Position numbers and translations under genes: made by a program
Notes under the pieces: model-generated
What the model saw: only the letters and a program-made list of their open reading frames with translations
What the model was told of the DNA's origin: nothing
Databases searched by the model: none
Shown: piece by piece, positions 50,900-64,000 of the stretch
Layout: every line of letters starts with the position of its first letter
Numbering within the stretch: the first letter of the stretch is position 1
NCBI GenBank assembly: GCA_002269645.1
Contig: NIVC01000119.1
Location: 173,323 to 237,322 of the forward strand
DNA from: Macrostomum lignano
Lineage: Eukaryota
Reading direction: 5' to 3'
DNA: 64,000 nucleotides

Positions 50900-51800
50900 C
50901 AATCTCAGATAATCTCACCCTGGATTCTCAGATAATCTCAACCTGTATCATCAGATAATCTCACTCTGGTTTCTCAGATAATCTCAACCTGTATTCTCAG
51001 ATAATCTCACCCTGGATTCTCAGATGATCTCACCCTGGATTCTCAGATAATCTTAACTTGGATTCTCAGATAATCTCAACCTGTATTCTCAGATAATCTC
51101 ACCCTGAATTCTCAGATAATCTCACCCTGGATTCTCAGATAATCTCAACTTGGATTCTCAGATAATCTCACCCTGGATTCTCAGTTAATCTCACTCTGGA
51201 TTCTCGGATAATCTCACTCTGGTTTCTCAGATAATCTCACTCTGGTTTATCAGATAATATCACCCTGGATTCTCAGCTAATCTCACTCTGGATTCTCGGA
51301 TAATCTCACCCTTGAATTTAAGTTTATCTCACCCTGAATACATAGTTAATCTCCCCTTGAATTTAAGTTATTCTCACCCTTGATTCTCAGTTAATCTCAC
51401 CCTTGAATTTAAGTTAATCTCACCCTTGATTCTCAGTTAATCTCACCCTTGAATTTAAGATAATCTCACCCTGAATTCTCAGTTAATCTCACTCTGTATT
51501 CTCAGATAATCTCACCTTTGAATTTAAGTTAATCTCACTCTGGATTCATAGTTAATCTCACCATTGAATTTAAGTTAATGTCACTTTGAATTCTCAGTTT
51601 ACGTCACCTAAAAATCTAAGGCCAGTATCACTCAAATCTCACCTGAGAAGCTAGTTCAATCTCACCGAAAATCTAGATCAATCTCATTCTAATCGCACCT
51701 GAGAATCTAGGTCAAATCTCACCTAAGTGTCAAGGCCAATCTCATTCTATTCTCACCTGAGGATCTAGGTCAATCTAGGCCAGGAGTCTTGTGAATCTCG
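50900..51800. repeat. 23-bp minisatellite (CTCAGATAATCTCACCCTGGATT), decaying toward TMEM35
   Basis: Seen directly. Confidence 0.9.
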
Positions 51801-51862
51801 CCTACACAAATCTGACAGTCTCTCACTGACAAAAAACTTTTGCTGCTAACCAACCCTTTACA

Positions 51863-52336
51863 ATGAGCAACTTGGCTCTGAACGCAATCAGCATCACAGT
51901 CGGCCTGTTTTTTCTATTCTTCGGCATGCTGAAGCTGTGCCCGCTATTCTCCGATCAGCTTTACCGGGACATGAGAAAGATATTTATTCAAACAGCCGGC
52001 ACATTCCCGTTGCATTCCATCACCGGTTGGGCGCCTAATCCTCATTCTTGGCGCCGAGTGTACGGTTCGGCAGAATCGGTTGCTGGGCTGTTGCTAGCCG
52101 TGTGTCCCGGGCCAATAAGAGATGCCAGCAATCTAGCCCTGCTGGGCCTGTTATTAATTAATTTACACGCTGTGTGGAGTCTTGGCCAAGGATTGAAGGA
52201 AGCTTCGCACGGAATGGTATTCGGTCTATTGTTGCTATGCCGCTTAGTGATTCGAGTGCAGGTGTGGCAGCGGGAACGCGAACTGGCGGCCGAGACGGCA
52301 GAACTCGAGCAAACTTATGGAAAGAAGAATAGTTGA
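51863..52336 (+). CDS. TMEM35: TMEM35/NACHO-family membrane protein (nicotinic receptor chaperone-like), 157 aa, single exon
   Basis: VGLFFLFFGMLKL.P, VCPGPIRDASN, HGMVFGLLLLCRL match the TMEM35A pattern (LGLFFVFMGTIKLTP, PGRPKDVAN, HALVFGILLTCRL, recalled). Confidence 0.88.
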   Translation: MSNLALNAISITVGLFFLFFGMLKLCPLFSDQLYRDMRKIFIQTAGTFPLHSITGWAPNPHSWRRVYGSAESVAGLLLAVCPGPIRDASNLALLGLLLINLHAVWSLGQGLKEASHGMVFGLLLLCRLVIRVQVWQRERELAAETAELEQTYGKKNS

Positions 52337-52409
52337 ATTATGGAAACCGGAACTGCAACTACAAGTAATAATCTTAGAAAATATTTGAAGGCCAGCTTTA
52401 CAAGATCTT

Positions 52410-52510
52410 GGGTTGTAGCCTAGTGGTCAGAGCGTCAGACTCACGACTTAAAAGGTCGGGGGTTCGATTCCTGATCCCACTGAAACAATTTGTGTCATTG
52501 AACAAGCCTG
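52410..52510 (+). mobile_element. tRNA-like SINE head
   Basis: GTAGCCTAGTGGTCAGAGCG (A box) and GGTTCGATTCC (B box); no complete cloverleaf acceptor stem. Confidence 0.6.
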
Positions 52511-53723
52511 CAAAAGATTTTCTAAGAAACATTTTCTAACTCTCTTGCTTCGAATGGATAAAGTTTGCAATTGATTTTGAAAAACTGTTAGTTGAATATA
52601 ACAAATGTATGCTTATGTTACGTTATAATCTCTGTTATTTTAATCTCTAGCATAATTGTTTTTATCCTCTAAATGCTGCTATCTTTCAAAATAATACTAT
52701 AAGTAGTATTTGATGAACTTGAAGTTTTCTTAAATAGTAAATTGAACTCCTGCTGTGTGTTGTATTCCTTTGTTCTGAATTCTGCACATTTTTGCGGTTG
52801 TCTTGTGCGAGTATAGTAAAACTATTAACTTCTATGCTTAGAATCAAAACCCTGCTCACATTTTTATGCTTATCTGCAATCAACTCTAGTCAGAGCTCTG
52901 GATCCACTGCATGCTGAGTTTCCGTGTTTTTTTATGTTCAGTTTATCTTATTAATTTATTTGTCCGATTTTGAAGCTAATAAAATATGAATACTTACTAG
53001 TAAAATCTGTTATAAACATACTTCTTCCGTTCTTTGAGACTTTACCTTCAACATAAAAACTAGTTTGCCTGAATTTCGACTTAAAGTTATTTCACGTTTA
53101 TGCATTGGCGAAATATGATATGCTCAGTATTTTGTAGCCGCTAAATTGATTTATATCTTATGTTCCGAATCCGGTGGGCCGTAGCCTGGTGGTCTAGCGC
53201 GGCGCTCTTGGTTAAGATGCCATGGCTCACTGGGGAGTTGCTGAGATGCCAAGTCTCAGTGGGGGAGTTGCTGAGATAACAAGGTTTAAAGCGGTTGCAG
53301 ATATGCTAAAATGTCAAGCTATACTGGAAAGCTAAATGTCAAGATTAATGCTTTTTGATTGATTATAAACTGGAAAAACTGACAATAGACTTTTTGTATT
53401 GTAGATGGCAATTTGCATGTTGAGTTTTATTAGATCATTAATTTCAATTCCATCTGTGACCCCCCCGGGGGGCTAAGAATGCTAGTCAAATATACAAGAA
53501 AATTATTGCAAAGAAACAAACGAACACTTCCTAACTCCTAACCATTTCCAAGTGCAGAAAAAAGGCAGATGTTTATGATATCTATTAATCAAGCATTTGT
53601 AAGCGCTGTATCTAAAAGTAAAACTGATAAACACATTACATGTATAAGGACAGCGATAACAATTAAATTGTTCTACGCACTCTTATAGCAAAAAATACTG
53701 TCAGCTAATTAAGCTTCAGCTGG

Positions 53724-56637
53724 TTATTTGCAGTTAATTCTTCTTAACTTCTTAGTTGGAGTTCCGGTCAGCATATCAAGCGACTTCCACTTTTTCCAAT
53801 GCTTAAACAGCCGATGCAGTAGGCGCGATTTCCACGAAAGGAATTTGCGTGGACAGGTGGCACATCGTCTGACAATGGCTGGAATTTTTGGGTCAGAATA
53901 TTTCGATTTTAGATTGAGGAATATGTAGCATTTTGCTTTAGAACTGATGCAATGAACTGAAGAATCTCTTTATTTTTCAAACCTAAACGGATTGTACAAC
54001 CTTAGTGGTGAGCGTCTTGCTCCCGACTGAAAGGTCCACTGGGAACCATTTCTGTCTGAGCAAGACACAACTCTGCATTGCTTCAGTTCCCCAAGTTGTA
54101 AATGGGTGCCAGCATTAGCTGGGGTAATTGAGGGGTTGTGGGTGGCGACCCCCCCCCTCCCCCCAGTCCTTGCACTGAACAGCCGTACGCAGACTTCAGA
54201 TGCGCCGCGCAATAGCTGCGGCTGAGCTGTCGGTTGCACATCTGGTGGCTATCCAAGTATTCTGGTTAGGTACCCATTGAAGTGACTCAATTAAGGACTT
54301 AAGCGTCGGCATCAAGGCCGGAGCACCATGCAGCAGCGGTGGAAATGCAACAATCTTAGAAATGCAAAAAATGATTAAAAAATCCCGCCTCACACGTTGA
54401 TTTCTTGTGACGCGTCGTTCGAACCGATGCTTTACCGATGCTGATTTCGTTGAGTCGTCTCGATCGTCTTGATGACGTCATTGTCGTTGCGCCATTGATG
54501 ACTGGATGGGACGTTTTCTCGGCTGCCGAATTCTGACGGGGTGACGTCACTGGCTCGCTGCTCCGGCTGACCAGAGCCGTCAAGTGAACCAACCGATGAC
54601 TTGTCAGGTCGTCCTCTTTTGTGAAGCCTTTGTCGCACACCTGACAGGTGAATTTTCCGTTCACTTTGCTGAAGTAGAAGCCGGACAGATCGCGAGAGGA
54701 TGTCGAGGATGTGGATGCCGTCACTGACGATGCAGGTGCCTTTGGATGCGCTATCCGTGATGTTGCTGTTGATGTGATCGAAGCAGATGCTGATGCTGGG
54801 GCAGAAGCAGTGGCAGTGGCGGCAGCCATGACAGTTTTTGTCGCTTCATAGGCCAGCGAATTGAGCTGAGCATAGGCCATCGCTAGAGAGTCGGCCGAGG
54901 ATGCTGTCGGCTTGATGTTAGCACAGGCGGCGGTCGTCGGTGGCGGCGCGGAGACGGCGTGCTGCTCAACCAGGTGCGTCCTGAGTTGAGCCGGGCTGTC
55001 AAAAGTCTGGATGCAGAATGGGCAAAGCGTCGCCTTGGTAACGTCGCATGCGTCACATAGCAACGGAGCGGCAGCGTCCATGGATTTGCGTTTTAGCGTC
55101 GTTATTAACGACGTTGAAGTCTTTGCAACTGGTCGTCCGCAGGTTGTACAACGATGTGCCGCTGTTGTTGATTGAACTTTTGAACTCTCATCAGATCGAC
55201 GCTTTGCGTTTTGTTCAGCGTCGATAGCGCTTACATGGCTATGGTGATTGTTGCCGGGATGATCGTGCTGAGGCGGTACTGGCTGAGTTTGATGTCGATG
55301 ACGCGTCAGTTTGTGCTGTTCCAGCTGACTGTGGCTGCCGAATCTGGCAGGGTTGGGAGTTGGTGGGTGTGGCGCTGGACAAAGTAATGCAAAAGACACA
55401 GTCACACCGAGTCATTTTCGGGTGAAAGACAACCTCAGAAGGAGCTCCTGAGCACTGATGATGCGCTATGATGAAATTGTCATTCAAAAATTTAATAAAT
55501 CGCTTACTTTTCGTCGCAAATCTTGCACCAATGCTGCTGCAGTTGTTTATCCGCGTCAGCTCCCATCTTGCCGAAAACTCGGTGCACCGTCTTCAAATGT
55601 CGGTCCAATTCAGAATTGCTCCTAGCTTGGTGACCGCAATAGGAGCAGCAATGATGATGCAATAGCGACGGCTTCGCCTGTTTCTGCTGGCTACCATGAT
55701 TTGTTGCTTCAGCCGAATTTGTTGTTGCTGTTGCGGTTTGCGCTTCGCAATCTGACTCTCCATTCCCTAATCTGTGCTCGCGAACTTGGTGCTCGAGTAC
55801 TTTATGCTCGTCTGGGAATTGGCGGCCGCAATAACTGCATAGTTTGGCCAGCTCTTGGGCCACTCTGGACAAAACTAGCGGCGATGGCTGCTGCAGATGA
55901 GGCTGAGGGGTCGACTGGCGAAATTGAAGGGAAGAGGGTTTGATTTTGTTTACTTAAGAGGTGACACTCAAGAGGATGTCTAAATCTGACGAAGCAGTAA
56001 TGTACACTGTAGTAAGGAATGTAACACTATAAGGAGTGTACACTATAAGGAATGTAACACTATAAGGAGTGTACACTATAAGGAATCTACACTATAAGGA
56101 ATGTACACTATAAGGAATGTACACTATAAGGAATGTACACTATAAGTAATGTACACTATAAGGAATGTAACACTATAAGGAATGTAACACTATAAGGAAT
56201 GTAACACTATAAGGAATGTAACACTATAAGGAATGTAACACTATAAGGAATGTACACTATAAGGAATGTAACACTATAAGGAATGTACACTATAAGAAAT
56301 GTACACTATAAGGATTGTACACTATAAGGAATGTAACACTATATGGAATGTGACGCTATAAGGAATGTACACTATAAGGAATGTAACACTATAAGGAATG
56401 TACACTATAAGAAATGTACACTATAAGGATTGTACACTATAAGGAATGTACACTATAAGGAGTGTACACTATAAGGAATCTACACTATAAGGAATGTACA
56501 CTATAAGGAATGTACACTATAAGGAATGTACACTAAAAGAAATATAACGCTATAAGGAATGTAACACTATATAAGCGACAAAAGCCAATATTCACCTGGC
56601 GTTCCTTCTTCTTCGTGTTCGATTGTCGCTTTTCCGA

Positions 56638-56674
<37 letters not shown>

Positions 56675-59600
56675 GCTATTAGGGGCAGAGATGTCGGTAT
56701 TGTTTGCGACGGCACCTGCGGCGGCGGAGCTGCGGCGAAGTTGGCACCGGCGGCGGCAAAGTGGGCGCCAACCAGGTGCTCGTACAGGTCGCCATGCCGG
56801 TCAAACAGCCGCCCGGGGCAGAGCGCGCAGGCCAGATTGCGCCTCTCCTGTGCGTGAACCCGGAGGAAGTGCGCCTCAGCCAAGTCGGCCGTCTCAGACA
56901 GGACACCGCAGCCGACGGCGGAGCAGCGGTACACCTGGGCAGTGTGCACCTGATTAGCGTGAGCTCTCAGACTCTCTGGATCCCGGCACTGGCATCCGCA
57001 CACGCCGCAGGCGTACTGACACTCCTGCCTAGCGCAGTGCGCGATCAGATGGTAGATCGCTTCGCTCTGTTTAGTTGCTAGGGCGCCACAGAAGCCGCAA
57101 ATGGACGGAGAAAACGGAGTTGATTGGGCCAGCAGAGCTGCTTCGGGAGCACCGATGTGATGCAGTGGATAGTGCTGCTGCTGATGATGAAGGTAGAGGC
57201 TGAATTCTGCCGCCGAATCCACGGCAAGCTGCGGCGTCTGTGGCGACGCGATGATTGACACGTTGTTAGTGTCCGTTGCTAGGGCGTTGCTATCCGCGCT
57301 TAGTCTACTACTGTTAGTAGGGCTTTGGTTCTGATTTTCGAGGAGGTCGACTTCTTGGTGGCTGAGTTGCGTTTCTGCGCAGCATTTTGATGCTGAGGTT
57401 GAAGCTGATGACGAAGGGTGCTTGATGTCACTGTGCTGCTGGCTTGCCGAGCTTGACGAGTCTGAAAGGTTGATTAAAAAAGGAATATGTTAGAAGGCTG
57501 GGTGTTAGAGGTACTCAACTTTGAACATTCAAACTTATAAGTATAATACATCTTACGTCAAGATAGAGTGAGATTACATGAGAAACCAAGACGGAAAAAG
57601 ATCAGACATGAGCAATCAAGATAGAATGAGATGAGGAGACATGAGAATCAAGATAGAATGACATGAGACTTGATAAATCCGAGATAGAATGAGATAGGAC
57701 ATGAGAAATGAAGATAGTGTGAGATGAGACATGATAAATCCATATTGAATGAGATAGGACATGAGAAATCAAAATAGAATGAAATAGGACATCAGAAATC
57801 CAAGATGGAATGAGATCAGACATGAGAAATCCATATCGAATGAGATGAGACTTGATAAATCCGAGATGGATTGAGATAGGACATGAGAAATGAAGATAGA
57901 ATGAGATGAGACATTAGAAATCAAGACTGAATAAAAACAAGAATTAATGAGATGAGACGTGATACATCATGATAGAATAAGATGAGACATGAGAAATCAT
58001 TGAGAGAATACATGAGACCAAATCTGAACTGATCTAATGAAGGAACAGTAAAAAGTTATGACGGAAATAATTCAGTTTGTGCTTTTTTTCTCTAAAAATT
58101 CCATAAAACGCTATATTTTCTACTTTGAGTAGCAGCTTGAAAATAGACTCGCACCTTTTTCGTATTCAACTTCTTCATCGTTTCTATGGCAACGTCGTCG
58201 CTTCGTCATTTTCGCCGCTTCGACTGCGACGCCGACTTCGAGCTCGTCCTCTTGCTCGCCGTCCATGGCCTCAATTGTCCGCCGACTGTCCGAGTTCGAA
58301 TCTGATCGTTTCCTCTTTGCCGAATGAGTCCGAACGTGCGAGCGCAGGTGGTCGGATCGGACAAAGGCGGCGCTGCAGAAGGCGCACTTGTGCTTCCGGA
58401 CGCCCGAGTGCAGCTGCACGTGGCGCTGCAGACTCTTCTTGTGCTTGAACAGCTTCTTGCACACGGAGCAGCGGAGCCGACCGCTGCTGTCTGTGGATGA
58501 CGGATCTGAGGATAATTCTTCCGAGTCTTCTTCTTCTGTTGCTGCTTTTTCTTCTTCTTCAATGTCGTCTGCTTCTTGTTCCTCGTTGTTATTGTCATTG
58601 TTGTTGATTGTTTCAACAACCATAGGGTGCTGCGACCGCGGCTCCGCCTTAATTGGCCGGTTCAGTGAGGTAGCGTCTGCCGCACTGCCGCTGTCGCATT
58701 CATCTGTGATGATGTCGCATGTGTCAGCGGGCAAATGTTTTGAATAGTTGGTGTACACGCATAGTCATAAAGAATAAATGCAGGGAAGCTGTGGGCACCC
58801 TGGCTCCTGAGCACTACAAGCGTACTCGTACACAGGGTGTACAGCGGCTCTGACTTTCTGTCATTAGTCAGGAATCTTCACTCTCTGTGCCTTGGTGGAC
58901 AGAGAAGTAGACGGGAAAATAGAGAAATAGACAGGTGGATAGAGAAGTAGACAGGTGGATAGAGAAGTAGACAGGTGGATAGAGAAGTAGACAGGTGGAT
59001 AGAGAAGTAGACAGGCGGATAGAGAAGTAGACAGGTGGATAGAGAAGTAGACAGGTGGATAGAGAAGTAGACAGACAGGTGGATAGAGAAGTAGACAGGT
59101 GGATAGAGGGGTAGACCGGCGGATAGAGAAGCAAACAAATGAGTAAATAGGTAGAATCTTAAGCTAGAAGACACTTGACTCAAGAAAAGCCCGACTGCTG
59201 GATACTTAAGTCTTTTTCCTCTCTCCCACTCTCACCCTTGGCTGCTCATCCCAGAAGCTCCTTCCTCGATCATTCTCTCTTTGCCTCGCAGTCTGTCTAC
59301 ATGGAGCCCTCCCTACCCCCCTCCCCTCTCCCAAAAGAGTTCTCCCGAGAGAATTCGACAAGCTAAGCAACCTGAAAAGCAGCGCGAACAGAGGTAGAGA
59401 CAGCAGCAAGCAGAAGCAGCAAAAAGCATTTTGGTAGTCAAGCAAGCAATGCGAGGCGGGTCTTTACAGCAGCGGCAAGCCGAATCCCTAGGGATATTTC
59501 CGAGGCTAGACAGGCTGAGGGAGAAGAAATGATTGTTTTCCCAGGGAAAGGAGAGAGAGAGAGAGAGATGTCTCCCCGGTCGCTCCCCCAATAGGGATTT

Positions 59601-62215
59601 CAGCTGCTGGAGACCGAGATGGAGACCGAGAGACGCTGGGAGGAGGCGGGTAGAGGATCAGAGAGCGGTTCAGTGAGAATTCCCTAGCGGGGGGGGGGAT
59701 CCGCGCGAGGCGCTCATGAAGGTCGAAGTTGGGAGCGGCGTGGAGCCTTGGGGATTTTGCTGGTCCCAGTGCAATCCCCTTTTTCACTTCCCGCACATCG
59801 CCCCCCCCCTGGCCACACACAGCCTCGCCTCGGTGGCGGCGGAGGCCGTCAATTCTGCATCTCGCGCGCGCTTCGCTTCTCAAAACACCTCCCCAGGGAG
59901 AGCCCCGCGACGGTATTAGTTTAGGGAGGCTGAGGGCCGCTCGCCGCCGCGTGTTCCGCCCGTCCCCCTCCCAACCTCACCCGGTCCCTGATGGGGCCGC
60001 CTGCCCACGGACGAATGATGGCTTTCTATTATAGAGAAGGCTCTGGTCCGCTTTTAGACCCGTGAGATATATGCAATATGTCTAGTGGTAGCGGCACAAT
60101 ATACCTTTGACAATAAGGACAACAACACAGGGTAACAAAACCATGTGCATGCTAGAGTAAACAACCCAACAATAAAACAACACACCAGCTAATGACAACA
60201 CAAACAACACCAACCCAACAACAACATTAAACGGAGACCCCTTCCCAACACAAACGACAACAACACGAAAGACAACAAAACAAACGACAGTAAGACAAAC
60301 GACACCACAAATGACAACAATACAAACGACAACATCAAAAACGACAGCAACACAAACGACAACAGCACAGACAGCAACAACACAAACGACAGCAACACAA
60401 ACGACAGCAGCACAAACAGAAACAACGCAAACGAAAGCAGCACGAACAGCAACAACACAAACGACAGCAACACAAACGACAACAGCACAAACAGCAGCAA
60501 CACAAACAGCAACAACACAAACGACAACAGCACAAACAGCAACAACACAAACGACAACAGCACAAACAGCAACAACACAAACGACAGCAGCACAGACAAC
60601 AGCACAAACAGCAGCAACACAAACGACGACAGGACAAACAGCAACAACACAAATGACAGCAACACAAACAGCAACAACACAAACGACAGCAGCACATACA
60701 ACAGCACGAACAGCAACAACACAAACGACAGCAACACAAACGACAGCAGCACAGACAACAGCACAAACAGCAACAACACAAACGACAGCAACACAAACAG
60801 CAACAGCACAAATGACAGCAACACAAACGACAGCAGCACAGACAACAGCACGAACAGCAACAACACAAACGACAGCAACACAAACGACAGCAGCACAGAC
60901 AACAGCACAAACAGCAACAACACAAACGACAGCAACACAAACAGCAACAACACAAACGACAGCAACACAAACGACAGCAGCACAGACAACAGCACAAACA
61001 GCAACAACACAAACGACAGCAACACAAACAGCAACAACACAAACGACAGCAACACAAACAGCAACAACACAAACGACAGCAGCACATACAACAGCACGAA
61101 CAGCAACAACACAAACGACAGCAACACAAACGACAGCAGCACAGACAACAGCACAAACAGCAACAACACAAACGACAGCAACACAAACAGCAACAGCACA
61201 AATGACAGCAACACAAACGACAGCAGCACAGACAACAGCACGAACAGCAACAACACAAACAACAGCAACACAAACGACAGCAGCACAGACAACAGCACAA
61301 ACAGCAACAACACAAACGACAGCAACACAAACAGCAACAACACAAACGACAGCAACACAAACAGCAACAGCACAAATGACAGCAACACAAAAAACAACAC
61401 AAACAACGCCAATGAGCAATAATAACAACACAAATCACAGCACAAACGACAAGCGACAACATAAACCATTGTGTTCAGCATTTCTCTGAGAAAATCTGTC
61501 TCAATTTTTGAAAGAAAAATTTTCTTTGTTATTTTGAAGAAACAATTACAGTGTCGGAGCAAAACCTCAGCCAAGCCTTCCGCAACACAAACGTTTTTTC
61601 TAATGATAAAATCGAATTCAATTCATTGCCATAAACTAATGCGCAGTAGTTTCCTACAGGCATTACAGATGCCACAACCGGCATTAACCAGCTTCTCCGA
61701 TGCAAAAATCTGTTTGATCCAAGAAGTCACTTAAATTTATACTTTTCTGCTGAAAATTTCAATTCCCAATCCGCAAAGGCTTGGCCCTTAACGGCGCTGA
61801 CTAAAATCCCTTGGGATTGATCACTTTTGCATCTCTTCGGAGAGGGTTCGAATCCAAGGGCCCGCGTATAGTTATGAGATTCGCACTTGAGATTCGCCAA
61901 GGCTCAAGGCACACAGAGTGCACATGCCTGCCGATTAGAAAGTCAGGGCTGCTTACATCCTGTGTGAGCGTGTGTGAGCCCTCCGTATATGAATTCTCTG
62001 ATAGCATACCAGGACGATTTTTTTAGAGGTTCCAGAGGGGCACAGTTTTATTCTGTAATCCCATCCATACTCAAACATTAGACATTGGAAGCCAAGACCA
62101 AGCGATACTCGGTCGATAAACAACACTCACCGTCGGCAACGACTACATCGACACCAAGAATGCCGGACATTCGGCTGTACTGCGACTGCGGCGCCAGCTG
62201 TTTCCGACGGCCCAT
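53724..62215 (-). CDS. Multi-C2H2 zinc-finger transcription factor (~1003 aa, ~12 fingers) with N-terminal MGRRKQLAP motif; ZNF423/ZNF521/FOG/SALL-like architecture
   Basis: Exons 62215-62131, 58703-58155, 57461-56596, 55914-55508, 55343-54394, 53878-53724 (phases 1,1,0,2,1; total 3012 nt, in frame). Fingers include CSVC..HVQLH, CAFC..HVRTH, CSYC..HLKTVH, CQVC..HRLVH, CATC..HRLFKH. Confidence 0.82.
53995..54245 (+). mobile_element. tRNA-derived SINE copy in the last zinc-finger intron
   Basis: A-box-like TAGTGGTGAGCG plus a body homologous to 18240-18418 (reverse complement). Confidence 0.75.
56005..56570. repeat. 16/17-bp minisatellite (CACTATAAGGAATGTA[A]) in a zinc-finger gene intron
   Basis: About 34 units. 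Confidence 0.93.
57560..58020. repeat. Degenerate GATAGAATGAGATGAGACATGAGAAATC repeat in a zinc-finger gene intron
   Basis: Recurrent motif seen directly. Confidence 0.75.
58905..59130. repeat. 20-bp minisatellite (GTAGACAGGTGGATAGAGAA)
   Basis: About 10 units. Confidence 0.9.
60255..61460. repeat. ACA/GCA-rich 12-15-bp compound repeat in zinc-finger intron 1
   Basis: ACAAACGACAGCAACAC-type units; produces the Thr-rich ORF. Confidence 0.9.
61778..61865 (+). pseudogene. Degenerate tRNA-Leu-like relic or SINE head
   Basis: GGCGCTGAC, TCTCTTCGGAG and GGGTTCGAATCC match tRNA-Leu segments, but the D-arm and acceptor stem are broken and extra sequence is inserted. Confidence 0.4.
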
Positions 62216-63279
62216 GACTGTCGTTACTGCCTGAGAATCCCCAACTGGGAGCAACCAATGTGGAATTGGGAAATTCCTAATATCTATATTCTATATAAAT
62301 ACAGATGAAGCTGCGGCTCCAGGCGATGGGGGAGGAGGGGTGGCTGTGTTTGGGGAGGGCGGCTGCGGCGGGCACGGGGGCTCTCAATTCATCCAAATCC
62401 CATTGGGGAATTCCGAGCGGCCTCAGCTCCATTCTCCATTCAGGCGGTGGGGAGTTTCGGGTTGGGGCAGATGAAATAGGCTGGGGCCGACCGACCCACC
62501 CCCCCCCCCCGAAAGCTTTTGGCGACGGCCCCGGGGGACCCTTGTAAACGCGGGGATGAGAACCGACTTTAGGGATGATGGGAACTGGGGGGAGCTGAGC
62601 CTTCCAAGATCCCTAGGGAACCATGGGCTTCCCCTTCCAGGCCGGAACCAATCCGCCGCAGCCTCGCAGAGCCCCCCACAGAATCCGAGAAAATATATAT
62701 TAAAAAGGCAGCCGAACTGGCTTGGGATGGGCGAGGCGTCCCTGGGGATCGCAGGAGAGAAAGAGGGAACGGCAGGGAGATGGAGATGGGAAAAGGAGAA
62801 AGGCCAACAGAGAGAGAGGATATTGCAAGGGTCGTCGGCGCGGCAACCCGCCACCCATCTTCATCTTCGCCTCGACTGTGTCCCGCGCGTGGGGCGACCC
62901 TTGGCAAGCAGGGAAATAGCGATCGGGACTCTGGGAGCTGCATGGGTTCTTCATTTGTTAGAAGGTCGGTGCAGTTAATTCCATGCATGCTACCTGCAGT
63001 CGCTGTGAGATCAATAATTCAAGCTGGATGTGACAGTCAGCTGCTACAGCAGCGTGATTAAGACCAGTTTCTGAGCTGACGCCATGAGTTCGTGCTCCGC
63101 TTCGAGAGAGCTGCCTTGAAAACTGCATGTGGTGCGAGCAATTTCACCCCGATCAACCGGATCCAGCGTTTCCATATAGCAAGGATTTGGATTATCTTAT
63201 TCTTACTAGTAAGCGACAGCGAGAATGACGCAAACCCAGAGACCTTGATGCGAAATCAAACAATTATTGAATTCCTTAT

Positions 63280-64000
63280 TGCATGAAATCAATTAGTAGC
63301 TGAAATACCCCGTTGCATGAAATTAATAGTAGCTGAAATAACCCGTTGCATGAAATCAATAGTTAGCGTAAATACCCCGTTGCATGAAATCAATATCTAG
63401 CTGAAATACCCCGTTGCATGAAATCAATATCTAGCGTAAATACCCCGTTGCATGAAATCAATATCTAGCTGAAATACCCCGTTGCATGAAATCAATATCT
63501 AGCGTAAATACCTCGTTGCATGAAATCAATTTCTAGCGTAAATACCCCGTTGCATGAAATCAATATCTAGCGTAAATACCCCGTTGCATGAAATCAATAT
63601 CTAGCTGAAATACCCCGTTGCATGAAATCAATCGTAGCTGAAATACCCCGTTGCATGAAATCAATAGTAGCTGAAATACCCCGTTGCATGAAATCAATAG
63701 TAGCTGAAATACCCCGTTGCATGAAATCAATAGTAGCTTAAATAACCCGTTGCATGAAATCAATAGTAGCTTAAAAATACCCCGTTGCATGAAATCAATA
63801 TCTAGCTGAAATACCCCGTTGCATGAAATCAATAGTAGCTTAAATAACCCGTTGCATGAATTCAATATCTAGCGTAAATACCCCGTTGCATGAAATCAAT
63901 ATCTAGCGTAAATACCCCGTTGCATGGTATCAGTATCTAGCGCAAATACCCCGTTGCATGAAATCAATATCTAGCGTAAATACCCCGTTGCATGAAATCA
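63280..64000. repeat. 34-bp minisatellite (CCGTTGCATGAAATCAATATCTAGCGTAAATACC), runs off the window
   Basis: Period 34 checked. Confidence 0.95.

Noticed and set aside
52410-52490. Functional tRNA gene
   Set aside because: A and B boxes are present but no closed acceptor stem, and the sequence continues into SINE-like body.
59240-59372. Cassette or poison exon in zinc-finger intron 1
   Set aside because: Acceptor- and donor-like sites exist, but phases do not match the flanking exons and nothing else supports it.
60082-61574. Thr-rich mucin-like ORF (392 aa) and Cys/Val-rich antisense ORFs
   Set aside because: Triplet-multiple tandem repeat lying antisense within intron 1 of the zinc-finger gene, with no signal peptide or splice context. 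A coding role cannot be fully excluded without RNA data.

Overview
Eukaryotic (metazoan) genomic DNA, probably a free-living flatworm such as Macrostomum. That is an inference from the gene set, the GC-rich exons and the minisatellite-filled introns; it is not proven. I reconstructed seven host genes by hand from GT-AG sites and phase matching: the 5' part of axonemal dynein DNAH10 (minus, runs off the left edge), UBE2Z (+), a membrane-anchored tyrosinase-family gene (+, one frameshift and one unresolved junction), a 4-exon 316-aa ATP-grasp ligase resembling a bacterial RimK-like subfamily (minus), DRAP1/NC2-alpha (+, exon 1 not found), an intronless TMEM35/NACHO (+), and a ~1003-aa multi-C2H2 zinc-finger gene with an N-terminal RRKQxxP motif (minus). 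Mobile DNA comprises a full-length Ty3/Gypsy element (LTRs, 4-bp TSD, tRNA-Leu PBS, PPT, -1 frameshift signal, disabled pol), a TIR element with a spliced THAP domain, several MITEs and tRNA-derived SINE copies. Nearly every large intron carries its own private tandem array, and these arrays produce most long ORFs in the track, which are artefacts. The strongest novelty candidate is the intron-containing, bacterial-type ATP-grasp ligase lying tail-to-tail with the tyrosinase. No database searches were run; family calls come from motif recognition.
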